From NCBI RefSeq assembly GCF_037042905.1, contig NC_087251.1:12402001-12466000 (forward strand): DNA of 64,000 bases, in the 5' to 3' direction. The translations under genes and the position numbers were made by a program. How positions within the stretch are numbered: position 1 is the stretch's first letter; each line of letters opens with the position of its first letter. The notes beneath the pieces were generated by a model. The model was given only the letters and a program-made list of their open reading frames with translations. It was not told where the DNA came from and did no database searches. Shown one piece after another: positions 1-11,950 of the stretch. This DNA comes from Lytechinus pictus. Its lineage: Eukaryota.

Positions 1-364
1 AATATGACGTGCTTGCACAACACATGTAATTCGATTTAATTATGTTAAAAAATGTCACTTCAGAATTCCTTCAGTTCATTGATAAAGAACCACCTGTGAA
101 TGCCTTTGAGACTATAGGGATACCGTGTAAGATTAATACCCCAAATTCTTGAAAGGAGGGATTAAGATTTAATAGTGATTACGTAATCTATTGAAGTTAA
201 TGACCGGCATGAACGTGAGACCGGCATGAGACGAGGAAAGAAAGATGAAATAAAAAAAGAGAAAAAAATGTGAAAAAGGAATATAAGAAAAAACAGAAAT
301 TCAAGTTTATATTCCTAATGCATTTTAAGCACTTTGTTTGATCGTGAATGATATTTTATTAATA

Positions 365-722
365 AGAAATAATAATAAATGATAGCATGTTTATAAATAT
401 CGCATTTCTCAGAACGGCTCAAAACGATTTACAGCATATTATTGTCCCATGATTCATTTCAATCCCGCATGAAAAGTGCACAATTTCCACATCTTGGGAA
501 GCATTCCTTGCATTCATCGCAGCCTCGAAATGGCGCTTGCAAATTCAAGCATCCAATAACTTTCGCATCCAACCGGGTACCCATTTAGCACCTGGGTCGA
601 GAGTGGCAAGGTGTGCCGGCAATACGTCTTACCAAAGGACGGTATATAGACCGCGGTGAGAATCGAACACACGACTCTCCGTTTACAAGGCGGGAGTCAG
701 AACCACTATACGCCACGACTCT
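365..722 (-). mobile_element. tRNA-derived SINE
   Basis: On the minus strand the head has an A-box-like TGGCGTATAGTGG and a B-box-like GTTCGATTC, then a central CCCAGGTGCTAAATGGGTACCCGG motif and a (TAT)n-type tail near 365-380. It does not fold as a complete tRNA. Confidence 0.7.
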
Positions 723-1277
723 TAAAAAAAGGCCTTCCTGAAAAAGTCGTGCACAGAACATGTTTCTCATAAACATAAAATATGAGCGCGAACTTCTTTC
801 AAACATCAAGGACGAAAAGACCTAAGTATTTTTCGTAAAAATGAATAGCGTGCACAATCTTCTTAATTAAAGTATTAAAAGCATGAAGAGCGAAATGAAC
901 CAATAATTTTAACAAATTGACCTAGCTGAAACACTGATATCTTCCCGTCTGTAAATTTCTTCACTCTTTTTCTTCTTTTCCACTCTTCTTTGCATTTATT
1001 CCATTTTTCCTTTTTACGCAGCCAATAGGGCGTAGAGATCGCATTCGGCCTCCTGGAATTGCCCATTTACATTTTCTTTTTTAGTCTATATTTTAATTGG
1101 TACAAGAGGAGGCAAAGGCGATTAGACACTGGATTCACAAGTTCGTCCAAAAATTAAAACTGATATTTCTAATCTTACACATTTACAATCTTGGCCAATT
1201 ATTTTCTGTTCATTATCGCGATTTTTTTTCCTACTTGATTCTATTTCACCTCATTTCATTCATCTCCTTTGTTTATC

Positions 1278-1386
1278 CAGGGGCCGCGGAACGGTTTTCA
1301 AAGTGGGGGGGGGGGCTGAGCCAAAAGTGGGGGGGGGGGGCTGAAGCCCCCCAGCCCCCCCCCCCCCCCCGGTTCCGCGGCCCCTG
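1278..1386. mobile_element. ~110-bp MITE with TIRs CAGGGGCCGCGGAAC / GTTCCGCGGCCCCTG
   Basis: Perfect 15-bp terminal inverted repeats flank poly-G/poly-C tracts. No clear TSD. Confidence 0.7.
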
Positions 1387-1874
1387 TAATTCCTATTTCT
1401 TTTGTGCTGTTTGTATATCTCTTTAATACTGGGAGGGATAAGCCAGCAGCAGGGAGAGGAGGGCCGTATTAGCACGACATTCCCCCTTTGTTTTTCTTTT
1501 CCACCATATCATTATTTAAGTTTCCCTTTCCATTTTACTTATATTTCTTCTGTTTGTACTTTTTTTAAAGGGGTAAGCAAGACCACCTCGCCCCTTGGTC
1601 TGCATGTGCCTGTCGAATGCAATTTGCATCCTAACTTCCCGTTTTCTTCCTCTTTTGTAATATATGTATTAATTTGTGGAAAAAACTATTAGAAAGTAAT
1701 GTTATAAAGGGAGCCTCGACTTTGCTATTAACATATGCAGTCTTTTTAAAGTTACCTTAGATCCGAGATAATTTATTGTCATGTATAAAATGCACAAAAT
1801 CTGCTTTCAAAAAGTGAATACTATTACACCGACAAACACAATTGTTTTTAGCCTACATATTTCAACAATCAAAT

Positions 1875-3290
1875 AATGTGAGCGCAAAGCGCGAGCTGAA
1901 TATTTCTTACATTCCCAGCTATATACAGGGCATTCTAAGCACCTTTTAAAATCACGAACAGGATAGGGGTATGACTATACACTTGATGTGATCGCGAAGC
2001 GCGAGCCGAAACGAAATTCGACATCTCACGTTTTGTAAATCATGAAAAGGATGGATAAGTGGATAAATGGATAACATTCCTACATTAATAATTTGATAAT
2101 CTGATCTGAAACTGGAACAAGATTCGTATCTAAATAAATATGCGTGCGTGTGTTTAGATTCAAACCTAGAATCTGGACATTCTTATTACATTATTTATCA
2201 TAATATCAATAATAAGAGCGCGATCCGCGAGCTAAAGATATTTGATTTTCCGATCCCAAAAAAAAAGTTAATTTAAGCGCAATTACGAATTGGATATGGA
2301 TCCTGCTTAATAAATGATGCGAGTCAAAGCGCAAGTTGATATTTTTATCAATACATATATTTCCAGTTGCGACCGGGAAATTTTAAGGACATTTTTGTTT
2401 TTGTCGAGAGATGAAACTTGTCGATATTCCGTTCTGAAAAAAAAACCGGACAATGATTATTAGGAAATAATGAAAATATTATTATCTTACTTATTAATCT
2501 AATAAGCCCAATGAGGTCGCGAAATTAATATCAAGGTAAAAAAACTGGATATTTGTAATCATGAAAAGGATGCATGGGTTAATATACTTTAAAGAATACT
2601 TTAAAAATAATGCGAGCGCAAATTGCAAGCCGAAAATTTTGATAAACTGTCAAGAAAGAGGAATTTAAAATAATTTGTTACAATTGATATAGGTATACAT
2701 TACTCCCCAATGAAAATGCAAGTGCGCAGCTTTAGCTGATACTATTCAGAATCAGATAAGCCTAAAAAGGGATATTTTTCAAAAAAATATGGAATACACG
2801 AAGAGAATAGTTACTTGACGAATTAAATAATGCTAGTGCGCAGCGCGAGCGGAAAATGTCGATATTTAGACCATAAAATATAGTCATTTTACAGAAAACT
2901 ATAAAATATATTTGTAATTCAAACAAATTGAAAACTCAGTGTCCGAGAAATATTTCATATATTTACTTCAAAACTTGATATTTTAAGCTCAATATAAGCC
3001 TATTGAGCAAGTTATGTATATTATAGATTAGGCAATGTGAGCACAAAGCGAGCGAAAATTTAAAATAGTGACATGAAATCCCCCCCCCCCTCATCTTATT
3101 TTATTCACTCGTCTTACTCCTCTTATTTTCCCTCTTCATTTTCTATTCTCTTTTCTCTTCTTTTTCCTCTCTTTCCATTTTTTCTTGTTTGCTCGTTCCA
3201 AAAAGTGGGGGGGGGGGGCATTTGATATCAAATTCCAAAAAGTGAGGGGATCGAAGCGTCTCCCTGTCCCCCAGGGATTTCCACCAATGT
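1875..3290. repeat. Degenerate copy of the dispersed GCGAGCGCGAAGCGCGAGC-motif non-autonomous element family
   Basis: The motif recurs with AT-rich spacers and is homologous, in opposite orientation, to 12856-15515 and 33161-35874. Boundaries are approximate. Confidence 0.65.
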
Positions 3291-4142
3291 ATGCAATTTG
3301 ATTTGAAATAAAAGAAAACCCTACATCGTCTTTGTAGTCGATTTTTTTTTTTTAATAGCGTACTTTCATGACGAATTAATTACTTACTAATAAATCGGAT
3401 TTAATAAGAAAATCAATGTTTCTTTAAAAAAAACCGCACCCCAAACCCCAAATAACACCCCTAAATTAATTTAAAAAAAATATATGAACGATAATTTTCT
3501 TGGAGTATTCGCAATTTGTCCGAAAATTATTCTTATTGTCCTCGTCCTTAAATTTACCACTCGTGACGTTGTCCTAAATGTCTCCGGTTCTGTCCTAATA
3601 CGATCTGCATGCTGTCCGCGCCGATAATCTTGTCCCAGGACAGTTCCAGGAATGTCCTACGACAATATGCAGACAGTCCTGGTCGTGTCCTAGGACAAGA
3701 TCATTTGCATAATCTTTTACGGAATTTGGTTGCGGACAGCATGCCGAAATGACAAAAGTAGCTTCCGCAACCCTTCCTGGTCTTGTCCGCGCCCTAGTGG
3801 AAAACCGCCTTAAAAAACAAGCTGTGTGTCTCGAACAATTAAATGTGAGCGCGAAGCACGAGCTTAATTTTTTGTATATTGACATGATAAAGGAGCATTT
3901 TGACAAATTTTGGAAAGAATTTCCAAAGAGGATAGGTATCTCACAAATCAAACAATGCGAGTGCGCAGCGCGAGCTGGAAACTTTTATATAACAATTTGT
4001 GTAAATCAAACAAAATAATGAAAGCTTGAGGTGCGAGCTAAAACATTGTGTGCAAATTGATTTCAGAACTGGATATATGAAATGTCATTTAATTCTCTTG
4101 AATGGGAATCATTACAAAGGCAATGTGAGCGCGAAGCGCGAG

Positions 4143-4697
4143 CCACTTCCATTCACGAGTGGATACCATGCGCGACCATGGGGTCTCGAAAAGCACCCTA
4201 AACAGTCACGTATTTTCCATATTCTGAAAATGCGCCCCTTAACAAGTATTGGCGCGTGAAACCCTACCCTTAGCAAGAATTGGTAACAAAACGATACTCT
4301 TGGCAAATGTTCCCTGAAATGAACCCCTAAACAAGTACAGGAATGTTTTATTGTTACGGGTCCTTCGGTCGTCGGCTTTACCTTATTTGGTTTAGTACGA
4401 CCCCACCTTCTACACCTCGCGAAAATCGTGACTCTAAATACGAAGTGTTGGGGCAAAAAGGACATCCTTTATAAAACATTTTAATTTTGTTTTATCATCC
4501 CCGCGAATTCGACCCTAAACACGTAATTTTCCTAGCGAAATAGATACCCTTTTTTCATTATTTTTGTGTTTTTGACACCCTTATCACGTTACGTACATAA
4601 CGTGCCCTATCGTGAAAAAGACATCCTTTTTACGTGTTTTTTTTTTGGTCGCGCATGGTATCCACTCGTCAATGTAAGTGCCCCCCCCCCCCCGCGG
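4143..4697. mobile_element. ~550-bp MITE with ~35-bp TIRs (left G-tract lost)
   Basis: CCACTTCCATTCACGAGTGGATACCATGCGCGACCA is the inverted counterpart of TGGTCGCGCATGGTATCCACTCGTCAATGTAAGTG. A second copy lies at 10381-10957. Confidence 0.8.
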
Positions 4698-5865
4698 GGT
4701 TCAAACAAGGACAGAAAATGAGCTATGCCTATATTATACGAATCGCTTCATATTTATCCTCCTAAACATTCAGAATCCATGTCATATTCATCATAATCTC
4801 TAGATTTATAGAGAAAAAACAGCAAAAATATTGCTCTACAATTCTAAAAAGAAGGGTATATACATGTATATATTATTTTAATTATACGAACCAAAAGTCC
4901 AGTTTTCTGTCTTATAATTTACTGTGAAAATCACAAGAATTTGATTTTTAAAAAAATAGGTAGGCCTGCATGTACAATTTTTTTTAATTAAAAAAGAAAC
5001 AAAAATAGAATGGACAAGAAAGGAAGAATATAAAAGAGAAAAGAAAAATATATTAAAAAAAAAAAGAAGAAAATAAAGGAGAAAAACAACGTAAAGGAAA
5101 ACAAGTACAGGAATGTTTTATTGTTACGGGTCCTTCGGTCGTCGGCTTTACCTTATTTGGTTTAGTACGACCCCACCTTCTACACCTCGCGAAAATCGTG
5201 ACTCTAAATACGAAGTGTTGGGGCAAAAAGGACATCCTTTATAAAACATTTTAATTTTGTTTTATCATCCCCGCGAATTCGACCCTAAACACGTAATTTT
5301 CCTAGCGAAATAGATACCCTTTTTTCATTATTTTTGTGTTTTTGACACCCTTATCACGTTACGTACATAACGTGCCCTATCGTGAAAAAGACATCCTTTT
5401 TACGTGTTTTTTTTTTTGGTCGCGCATGGTATGCACTCGTCAATGTAAGTGCCCCCCCCCCCGCGGGGTTCAAACAAGGACAGAAAATGAGCTATGCCTA
5501 TATTATACGAATCGCTTCATATTTATCCTCCTAAACATTCAGAATCCATGTCATATTCATCATAATCTCTAGATTTATAGAGAAAAAACAGCAAAAATAT
5601 TGCTCTACAATTCTAAAAAGAAGGGTATATACATGTATATATTATTTTAATTATACGAACCAAAAGTCCAGTTTTCTGTCTTATAATTTACTGTGAAAAT
5701 CACAAGAATTTGATTTAAAAAAAAATAGGTAGGCCTGTACAATTTTTCTTTTAATTAAAAAAGAAACAAAAATAGAATGGACAAGAAAGGAAGAATATAA
5801 AAGAGAAAAGAAAAATATATTAAAAAAAAAGAAGAAAAGAAAGGAGAAAAACAACGTAAAGGAAA
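4331..5865. repeat. Tandem duplication, period ~770 bp (4331-5100 and 5101-5865)
   Basis: ACAAGTACAGGAATGTTTTATTG begins at both 4331 and 5101, and both copies end in CAACGTAAAGGAAA. There are only a few substitutions and indels. Confidence 0.95.
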
Positions 5866-6221
5866 AGGAAAAGTGTTTAAACAAGGACAAAAAAATGAGC
5901 TATATGCCTGTATTGTCTTGAAAATGATTTTTTTAATAAGATGACTGAGACACGTACTGCACTGGGCCATGTTAAACCAAGAAAAGAATATAAACCAACA
6001 AAATTCTACTTTTAGCGACAGATCGACCGACTGAAATGTGGATGAAAATATTTTCTGATTCTCCCTTCTTTTCCCCCTTTTCGCGAAGGGTGCATGGATC
6101 CTCCCCTGTATAACATACCCCCACGACTCTCCCTCCTTCCACCCCCCCCCCCCCCCTTTGGCGAAAGCTGGATACTCCCCTGTACCCCCTCCCCCGTATC
6201 CACAAACATTATCCCAGCTGC

Positions 6222-6490
6222 CCGTATCCTCGTATCCACGTATCCGCGTATCTTCGTATCCATGTATCCAGTTATCAGTACGGTAGTAGTATCCACGTAT
6301 CCGCGTATCCACGTATCCTCGTATCCATGTATCCAGTTATCAGTACGGTAGTAGTATCCACGTATCCGCGTATCCACGTATCTTCGTATCCATGTATCCA
6401 TTTATCAGTACGGTAGTAGTATCCACGTATCCCAGTATCCACGTATCCTCGTATCCATGTGTATCCACGTATCTTAGTATCCATGTATCC
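6222..6490. repeat. Hierarchical minisatellite of GTATCC(AC/GC/TC/AT) subunits in ~56-64-bp units
   Basis: Repeated GTATCCACGTATCC blocks; TTATCAGTACGGTAGTA occurs three times. Confidence 0.9.
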
Positions 6491-6619
6491 GCTTTTATCT
6501 CAAAAACGTAATTTCTAAAAAAGTTAACAAGTACCGGTACGTCGTATCCGTTGTTTTCTCGTTTTAAAATCTAGAGATTTTTGTAATCGATTCATGACAT
6601 TGGATTCTAAAGGTAAGCC

Positions 6620-8559
6620 GTAATATTCTTCATTTTCTATATAACTTCGTCTTCGTAGAAATAACAAAAAGTGTAATTTTATACGATTTTTCCTACAGTT
6701 CACAATCCCCATAGGCGCGCGTGTACGGTAGGGACAACCGGTGAATCGACGGAGTGCTCTTCATCGAAATACTACGTTGGTTGGTCCCCGGAAGTGGCGG
6801 GCGGAATTTAGCCCGAATCCTCGATGGAAGTCGATCAAGTGCATATGAGCTGAGAGAGTGAAATATCAGTGTACTTGTACAGGCCCTTCTACTTTTTATA
6901 AATATTTCTTGTTGCTTTTTTTGTTAAGTTAATTTTTCCTGGTGTAGAAATAAGTTTCAGTTCTAATAATGCACTTCAAATACATTTTGGAGTGTCTGTT
7001 TGAGGCGTTTGGGGCGATTTCACCCTGGCCCCAAAATGCTCGCAACGACAATACGGGGGCATGATGACCCCTAATTTTTTAAAAACTTATTTTTCTATTG
7101 AAAATTATCACAAAATTCACCAAAAGTGTGCACGAAAGCCTTCGTATTTCACTTTTAAAACTCCAAAAAGTGCCCAAATGACAAGCTTGGTCGCTTCGCT
7201 GTGTCGCTTTCAACTTGAGAACGTTTACGCGTCTGCTTCCCCCCCCCCCCCCTCCTCCGAAAGAAATTCTGTATACGGCCATGCTCTAAAGAGCCTGGCA
7301 CATTGATTTATGTATACTTCATTTTCATTATTTTTATCTCATTATCATCATGGCCTTACGCAGAATTTTGTTCGGGGGGTGGGGGGAGCAGGACGCGCGT
7401 AAACTTTCTCATAAAAATCTTGAGAAAGCGAAGCGACCAAGCTTGTCATTTGAGCTTGGTCGCGTCGCTGTCTCGCTTTCAAGATTTTTTTGAGAAACTT
7501 TACGCGCGTCCTAGCTGCCCCCCCCCCCCCCGGTAAAAATTCTGTGTAAGGCCATGATGATAATGTGATAAAAATAATTAAAATGAAAAGTACATATAAA
7601 TCAATGTGCCATATGCTCTTTTGAGCATGGCTGTTCACAGAATTTCTTTCGGGGGGGTGGGGGCAGACGCGTGTAAACGTTCTCAAGTTGAAAGCGAGAC
7701 AGCGAAGCGACAAAGCTTGTCATTTGGGCTTGGTCCCGTGGCTGTCTCGCTTTCAAGATTTTTTTGAGAAAGTTTACGCGCGTCATGCTCCGGCCCCGGC
7801 CCCGCTGGAAAAAATTCTGCGTAAGGCCATGTTGATAATGAGATAAAAATAATGAAAATGAAAGTATACATAAATCAATGTGCCAGGCTCTTTAGAGCAT
7901 GGCCGTATACAGAATTTCTTTCGGAGGAGGGGGGGGGGGGGAGCAGACGCGTAAACGTTCTCAAGTTGAAAGCGACACAGCGAAGCGACCAAGCTTGTCA
8001 TTTGGGCACTTTTCGGAGTTTTAAAAGTGAAATACGAAGGCTTTCGTGCACACTTTTGGTGAATTTTGTGATAATTTTCAATAGAAAAATAAGTTTTTAA
8101 AAATTTAGGGGTCATCATGCCCCCGTATTGTCGTTGCGAGCATTTTGGGGCCAGGGTGAAATCGCCCCAAACGCCTCAAACAGACACTCCAAAATGTATT
8201 TGAAGTGCATTATTAGAACTGAAACTTATCTCTACACCAGGAAAAATTAACTTAACAAAAAAAGCAACAAGAAATATTTATAAAAAGTAGAAGGGCCTGT
8301 ACAAGTACACTGATATTTCACTCTCTCAGCTCATATGCACTTGATCGACTTCCATCGAGGATTCGGGCTAAATTCCGCCCGCCACTTCCGGGGACCAACC
8401 AACGTAGTATTTCGATGAAGAGCAATCCGTCGATTCACCGGTTGTCCCTACCGTACACGCGCGCCTATGGGGATTGTGAACTGTAGGAAAAATCGTATAA
8501 AATTACACTTTTTGATATTTCTACGAAGACGAAGTTATATAGAAAATGAAGAATATTAC
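6620..8559. repeat. ~1.94-kb quasi-palindrome with ~750-800-bp near-identical inverted arms
   Basis: GTAATATTCTTCATTTTCTATATAACTTCG at 6620 is the reverse complement of the sequence ending at 8559, and the match continues inward. The centre holds three ~280-bp units, one forward and two reverse. Confidence 0.95.
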
Positions 8560-8711
8560 AATCAGACCATATCCCTAGAAAATTGCTTCAAGAAATGTCA
8601 TTATGAAGAGGAAATGGACAAAAATTTGTGAAGAAAAATCACGAAAAAGGAAATCGCATCATGAATATTCATATCATGGGCGGTCCCACATTTGCATGTT
8701 ATAGCGAGTTT

Positions 8712-9590
8712 TCCATTATTTTTAATAAATAATGGCATTATTTAATAAATAATGGCATTATTTAATAAATAATGGTTATTTGTATATAAATAATGATTAT
8801 TTGTATATAATGGCAAACTGTAAAAATTGTTTATAAATAATGATTATTTATAAATAATGGGATATTGAAACAAAATTATTATTTATAAATAATGAAGTAG
8901 ATATTTCATTATTTAACAAATAATCTTTATTTATAAATAATGGAAAACTCGAACATTAAATAATGATTATTTATAAATAATGAGAATGGTGCACTCGAAA
9001 AAATTATTTATAAATAATGAAGTAGACGTTTTCATTATTTAACAAATAATCATTATTTATAAATAATGGAAAACTCAACAAATTATTTATAAATAATGAA
9101 AAACAATCATTATTTATAAATAATGAAAAACAAATAATCATTATTTGTAAATAATGAAAAACAAATAATCATTATTTATAAATAATGAAAAACAAATAAT
9201 CATTATTTATAAATAATGAAAAACAAATAATCATTATTTATAGATAATGAAAAACAAATAATCATTATTTATAAATAATGAAAAACAAATAATCATTATT
9301 TATAGATAATGAAAAACAAATAATCATTATTTATAAATAATGAAAAACAAATAATCATTATTTATAAATAATGAAAAACAAATAATCATTATTTATAAAT
9401 AATGGAATGTCGAACTATTATTATTTACAAATAATGAAGTATTACTTGGAATTATATATAAATAATTAGAAATGATATTTTATATAATAGTAGTTATTTA
9501 CAAATAAAATGTAAATTATATATAAATAATAGTTATTATTTAATAAATAATGATTATATAACAAATAATTGTTCTATATAATAATGGTAC
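8712..9590. repeat. AT-rich array; core 31-bp unit AAATAATGAAAAACAAATAATCATTATTTAT, about 10 copies at 9090-9405
   Basis: Seen directly. Adjacent units form the perfect 18-bp palindrome CATTATTTATAAATAATG, and the flanks are degenerate versions. Confidence 0.9.
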
Positions 9591-10380
9591 ATTCGGCGCC
9601 TCATACGATAACAAAGACAGCAAGATGGCGACAATAACTGACTGTGAGTAAATGCTCTTCTACTTTTAATATTTTCAATTATATTATGTTTAATATTATT
9701 TCAAAATATGACTCTTTAGTGCCAAAAGGGTCCAAATGATATTGTAGCCCATTTACATAAGTTTAGGCTCCAAACCCTAAAGAAAATGTGTATTTTGTAG
9801 CAACTTTATTGTTGGCAAAATACTCGGTGCACGTGCATGTAGTGCAATGGCATCCCGTCCCTGGCTCTGTGGAGATTAAGCACGTCAGTGATATGACATT
9901 AATATCCAGGAGCCTCCTGGCTAGTGCGACAGTGCAGTGCCCTTTTGAGGCATTTGCCATTAGATCTAATCATTACCAGGTGCCTCGGAGAGGACCTTAA
10001 GCCATTGGTCCTCTGATTGCTTGCTTACAAGTATTCATGCTCTCTTAATCTTAGCTTAGGTTAGCATTAGGATTAATAGCAATCATGTAAAAAGTCACCA
10101 TCACCAAGGCACCACCATTTGTCACGTCATGCTTGCCATACTTGCCCGAGAATTTATTCCAGAATATTCAGGTGTGGTGTATTGTGGGTGATCATCGACG
10201 GCTAAGGACTAAGGTACCCCCGTGTGCGAGGTTTATCGTGATTATTAGAGCCATCGACGATCGACAGCGCATCGCTTTTAAGTCATGTAAGTTGATGTGC
10301 GTCACGATACGAACGAGCATAATATTGGAAAGTGCCATGGAACGTGGAGCCAACAAGAAAAAATGAAATTAGTTAGGAAA

Positions 10381-10957
10381 CCCAGGGGGGGGGGGCCACT
10401 TCCATTGACGAGTGGAACCATGCACGACCATGGGGTCTCGAAAAGCACCCTAAACACATATTTTCCATATTCTGACAATGCACCCCTTAACAAGTATCGG
10501 CATGTGAAACCCTACCCTTAACAAGTACTGGAAACAAAACAATACTATAGGCAAGTATTCCCTGAATTGAACCCCTAAACAAGTACAGCGATATTTCAAT
10601 TGTTATGTCACAGACATCGGTTTTACCTTTACCTACATCATTGGGTTAAGTACAGCCCCACCTCCCACACCTCGTGCAAATCGTAATCTAAACACGTAGT
10701 GTTGACTCTTGCCCAGGGCAAAAAGTACATCTTTTATAAAACATTTTAGTCTTACTTTTTTTATACCCTCGCAAATTTGACCCTAAACACGTAGCTTTCC
10801 TAGTGAAAATAGATACCCTTTTTTCATTATTTTAGCGTTTTTGACACCCTTATTACGTGCCCTATCTTGAAAAAGACATCCTTTTTACGTGTTTTTTTGG
10901 TCGCGCATGGTATCCACTCGTCAATGTAAGTGGCCCCCCCCCCCCCCCCCCCCCGGG
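10381..10957. mobile_element. Full-length MITE, same family as 4143-4697
   Basis: Ends are CCCAGGGG..GCCACTTCCATTGACGAGTGG and CCACTCGTCAATGTAAGTGGCCCC..CGGG. The interior is colinear with the 4143 copy. Confidence 0.85.
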
Positions 10958-11705
10958 TAGCAAACACAAATTTATTACCAACATCTGCTCAGATTCGTTA
11001 TGAAAAAAGCAAACAAAAACTTCGAATTTATGCATGATATGATATATGAAAAAAAATCACACGAATTCTTTCTTACATCATTATAATGAAGAATATCATA
11101 ACCCTTCCAGCACGCGTCCGGAATCATGTAATTTGTCAGGCACGAAAATAATTGTTTTTCGTGCGGCAAGTGCAATGGCATGCAAAGAAAACAGTTGGTT
11201 AATAATATTTTGTTTTAAATATCAATTAATATCACGAATATTCATAATTTTGGCCTTATCGTGAAATTTGTCACCTCTCTTCTCGTGTGTGTCGGTGTGT
11301 GTGCGCTCGTTGTGTACAAAGTCAATGGGAGTGGAAAGATGTCACCACCGCTGACGAAATAAACGGCAGTGAATGGACTGGTGACATAAACCACGATAAT
11401 GCCATAATTTTCATATTTGGAATAGCGAGTGCAAATTTTTCTTGATTGTATTTCCTCTAGTTGTCATTTTTAAAGCACTGAAATAAAGGTGTCCGGTAAT
11501 AGGATACACTGCCATACGTATTATAGGGCCTTGAACACCGGCATTACCGAACCATACACAAAATTCTACGTGTGGTACAACACATTAGTTAATTGAAAGG
11601 ATATGTGCAATCTATACACGATTTCCTGTAGGCTCATCATGCATGCCTTGGGCTGGCTACAACTATCCTATCGTCACTTCTATCGCTTCCTTAATAGCAT
11701 CTTAC

Positions 11706-11751
11706 CTGCTTTTCCTCTTTGTAAATCTATTCTCTCTTCCCTGAGCTCCAT
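11706..11751 (-). CDS. SYNJ2BP: Putative first coding exon MELREERIDLQRGKA(G) of a PDZ protein, synaptojanin-2-binding protein-like
   Basis: AAGATGG start context, 46 nt, then a strong phase-1 donor CAG|GTAAGA. The peptide resembles the recalled human SYNJ2BP N-terminus (EEEINLTRGPSG-LGF). CpG-rich DNA lies upstream. Exon 2 was not found in the window. Confidence 0.55.
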
Positions 11752-11809
11752 CTTTGGTTCAAACTTCCTATTCTCCAGATTAATATTCGATAATTATCTT
11801 GTAATTTAT

Positions 11810-11950
11810 AATGCGGGAGGGTCTAAAATACTCAAGCTAGCCAGCGGTGCCGTACATGATTCATTAACCGAATCGCGAAACCGCCAGCTCCCAGCGTCGC
11901 GTCGCGCTGCGTTAGTTGCGTCGGCATGAATTTCAGCGATCGAAGGGCTG
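11810..11950 (-). promoter_or_regulatory. CpG-rich putative promoter of the SYNJ2BP-like gene
   Basis: Local CpG cluster (TCGCGA, GCGTCGCGTCGCGCTGCG) in apparently unique DNA 60-200 bp upstream of the ATG. Confidence 0.4.

Noticed and set aside
5755..6484. Overlapping ORFs with DTRIRGY repeats
   Set aside because: They are translations of the GTATCC minisatellite and G-tracts.
7061..8118. Mirror-image ORF pairs of 60-120 aa
   Set aside because: They arise from the palindrome and homopolymer runs and show no protein motifs.
9760..9790. Candidate exon 2 (LGFGA) for the PDZ gene
   Set aside because: An in-frame stop follows after four codons, with no PDZ continuation.
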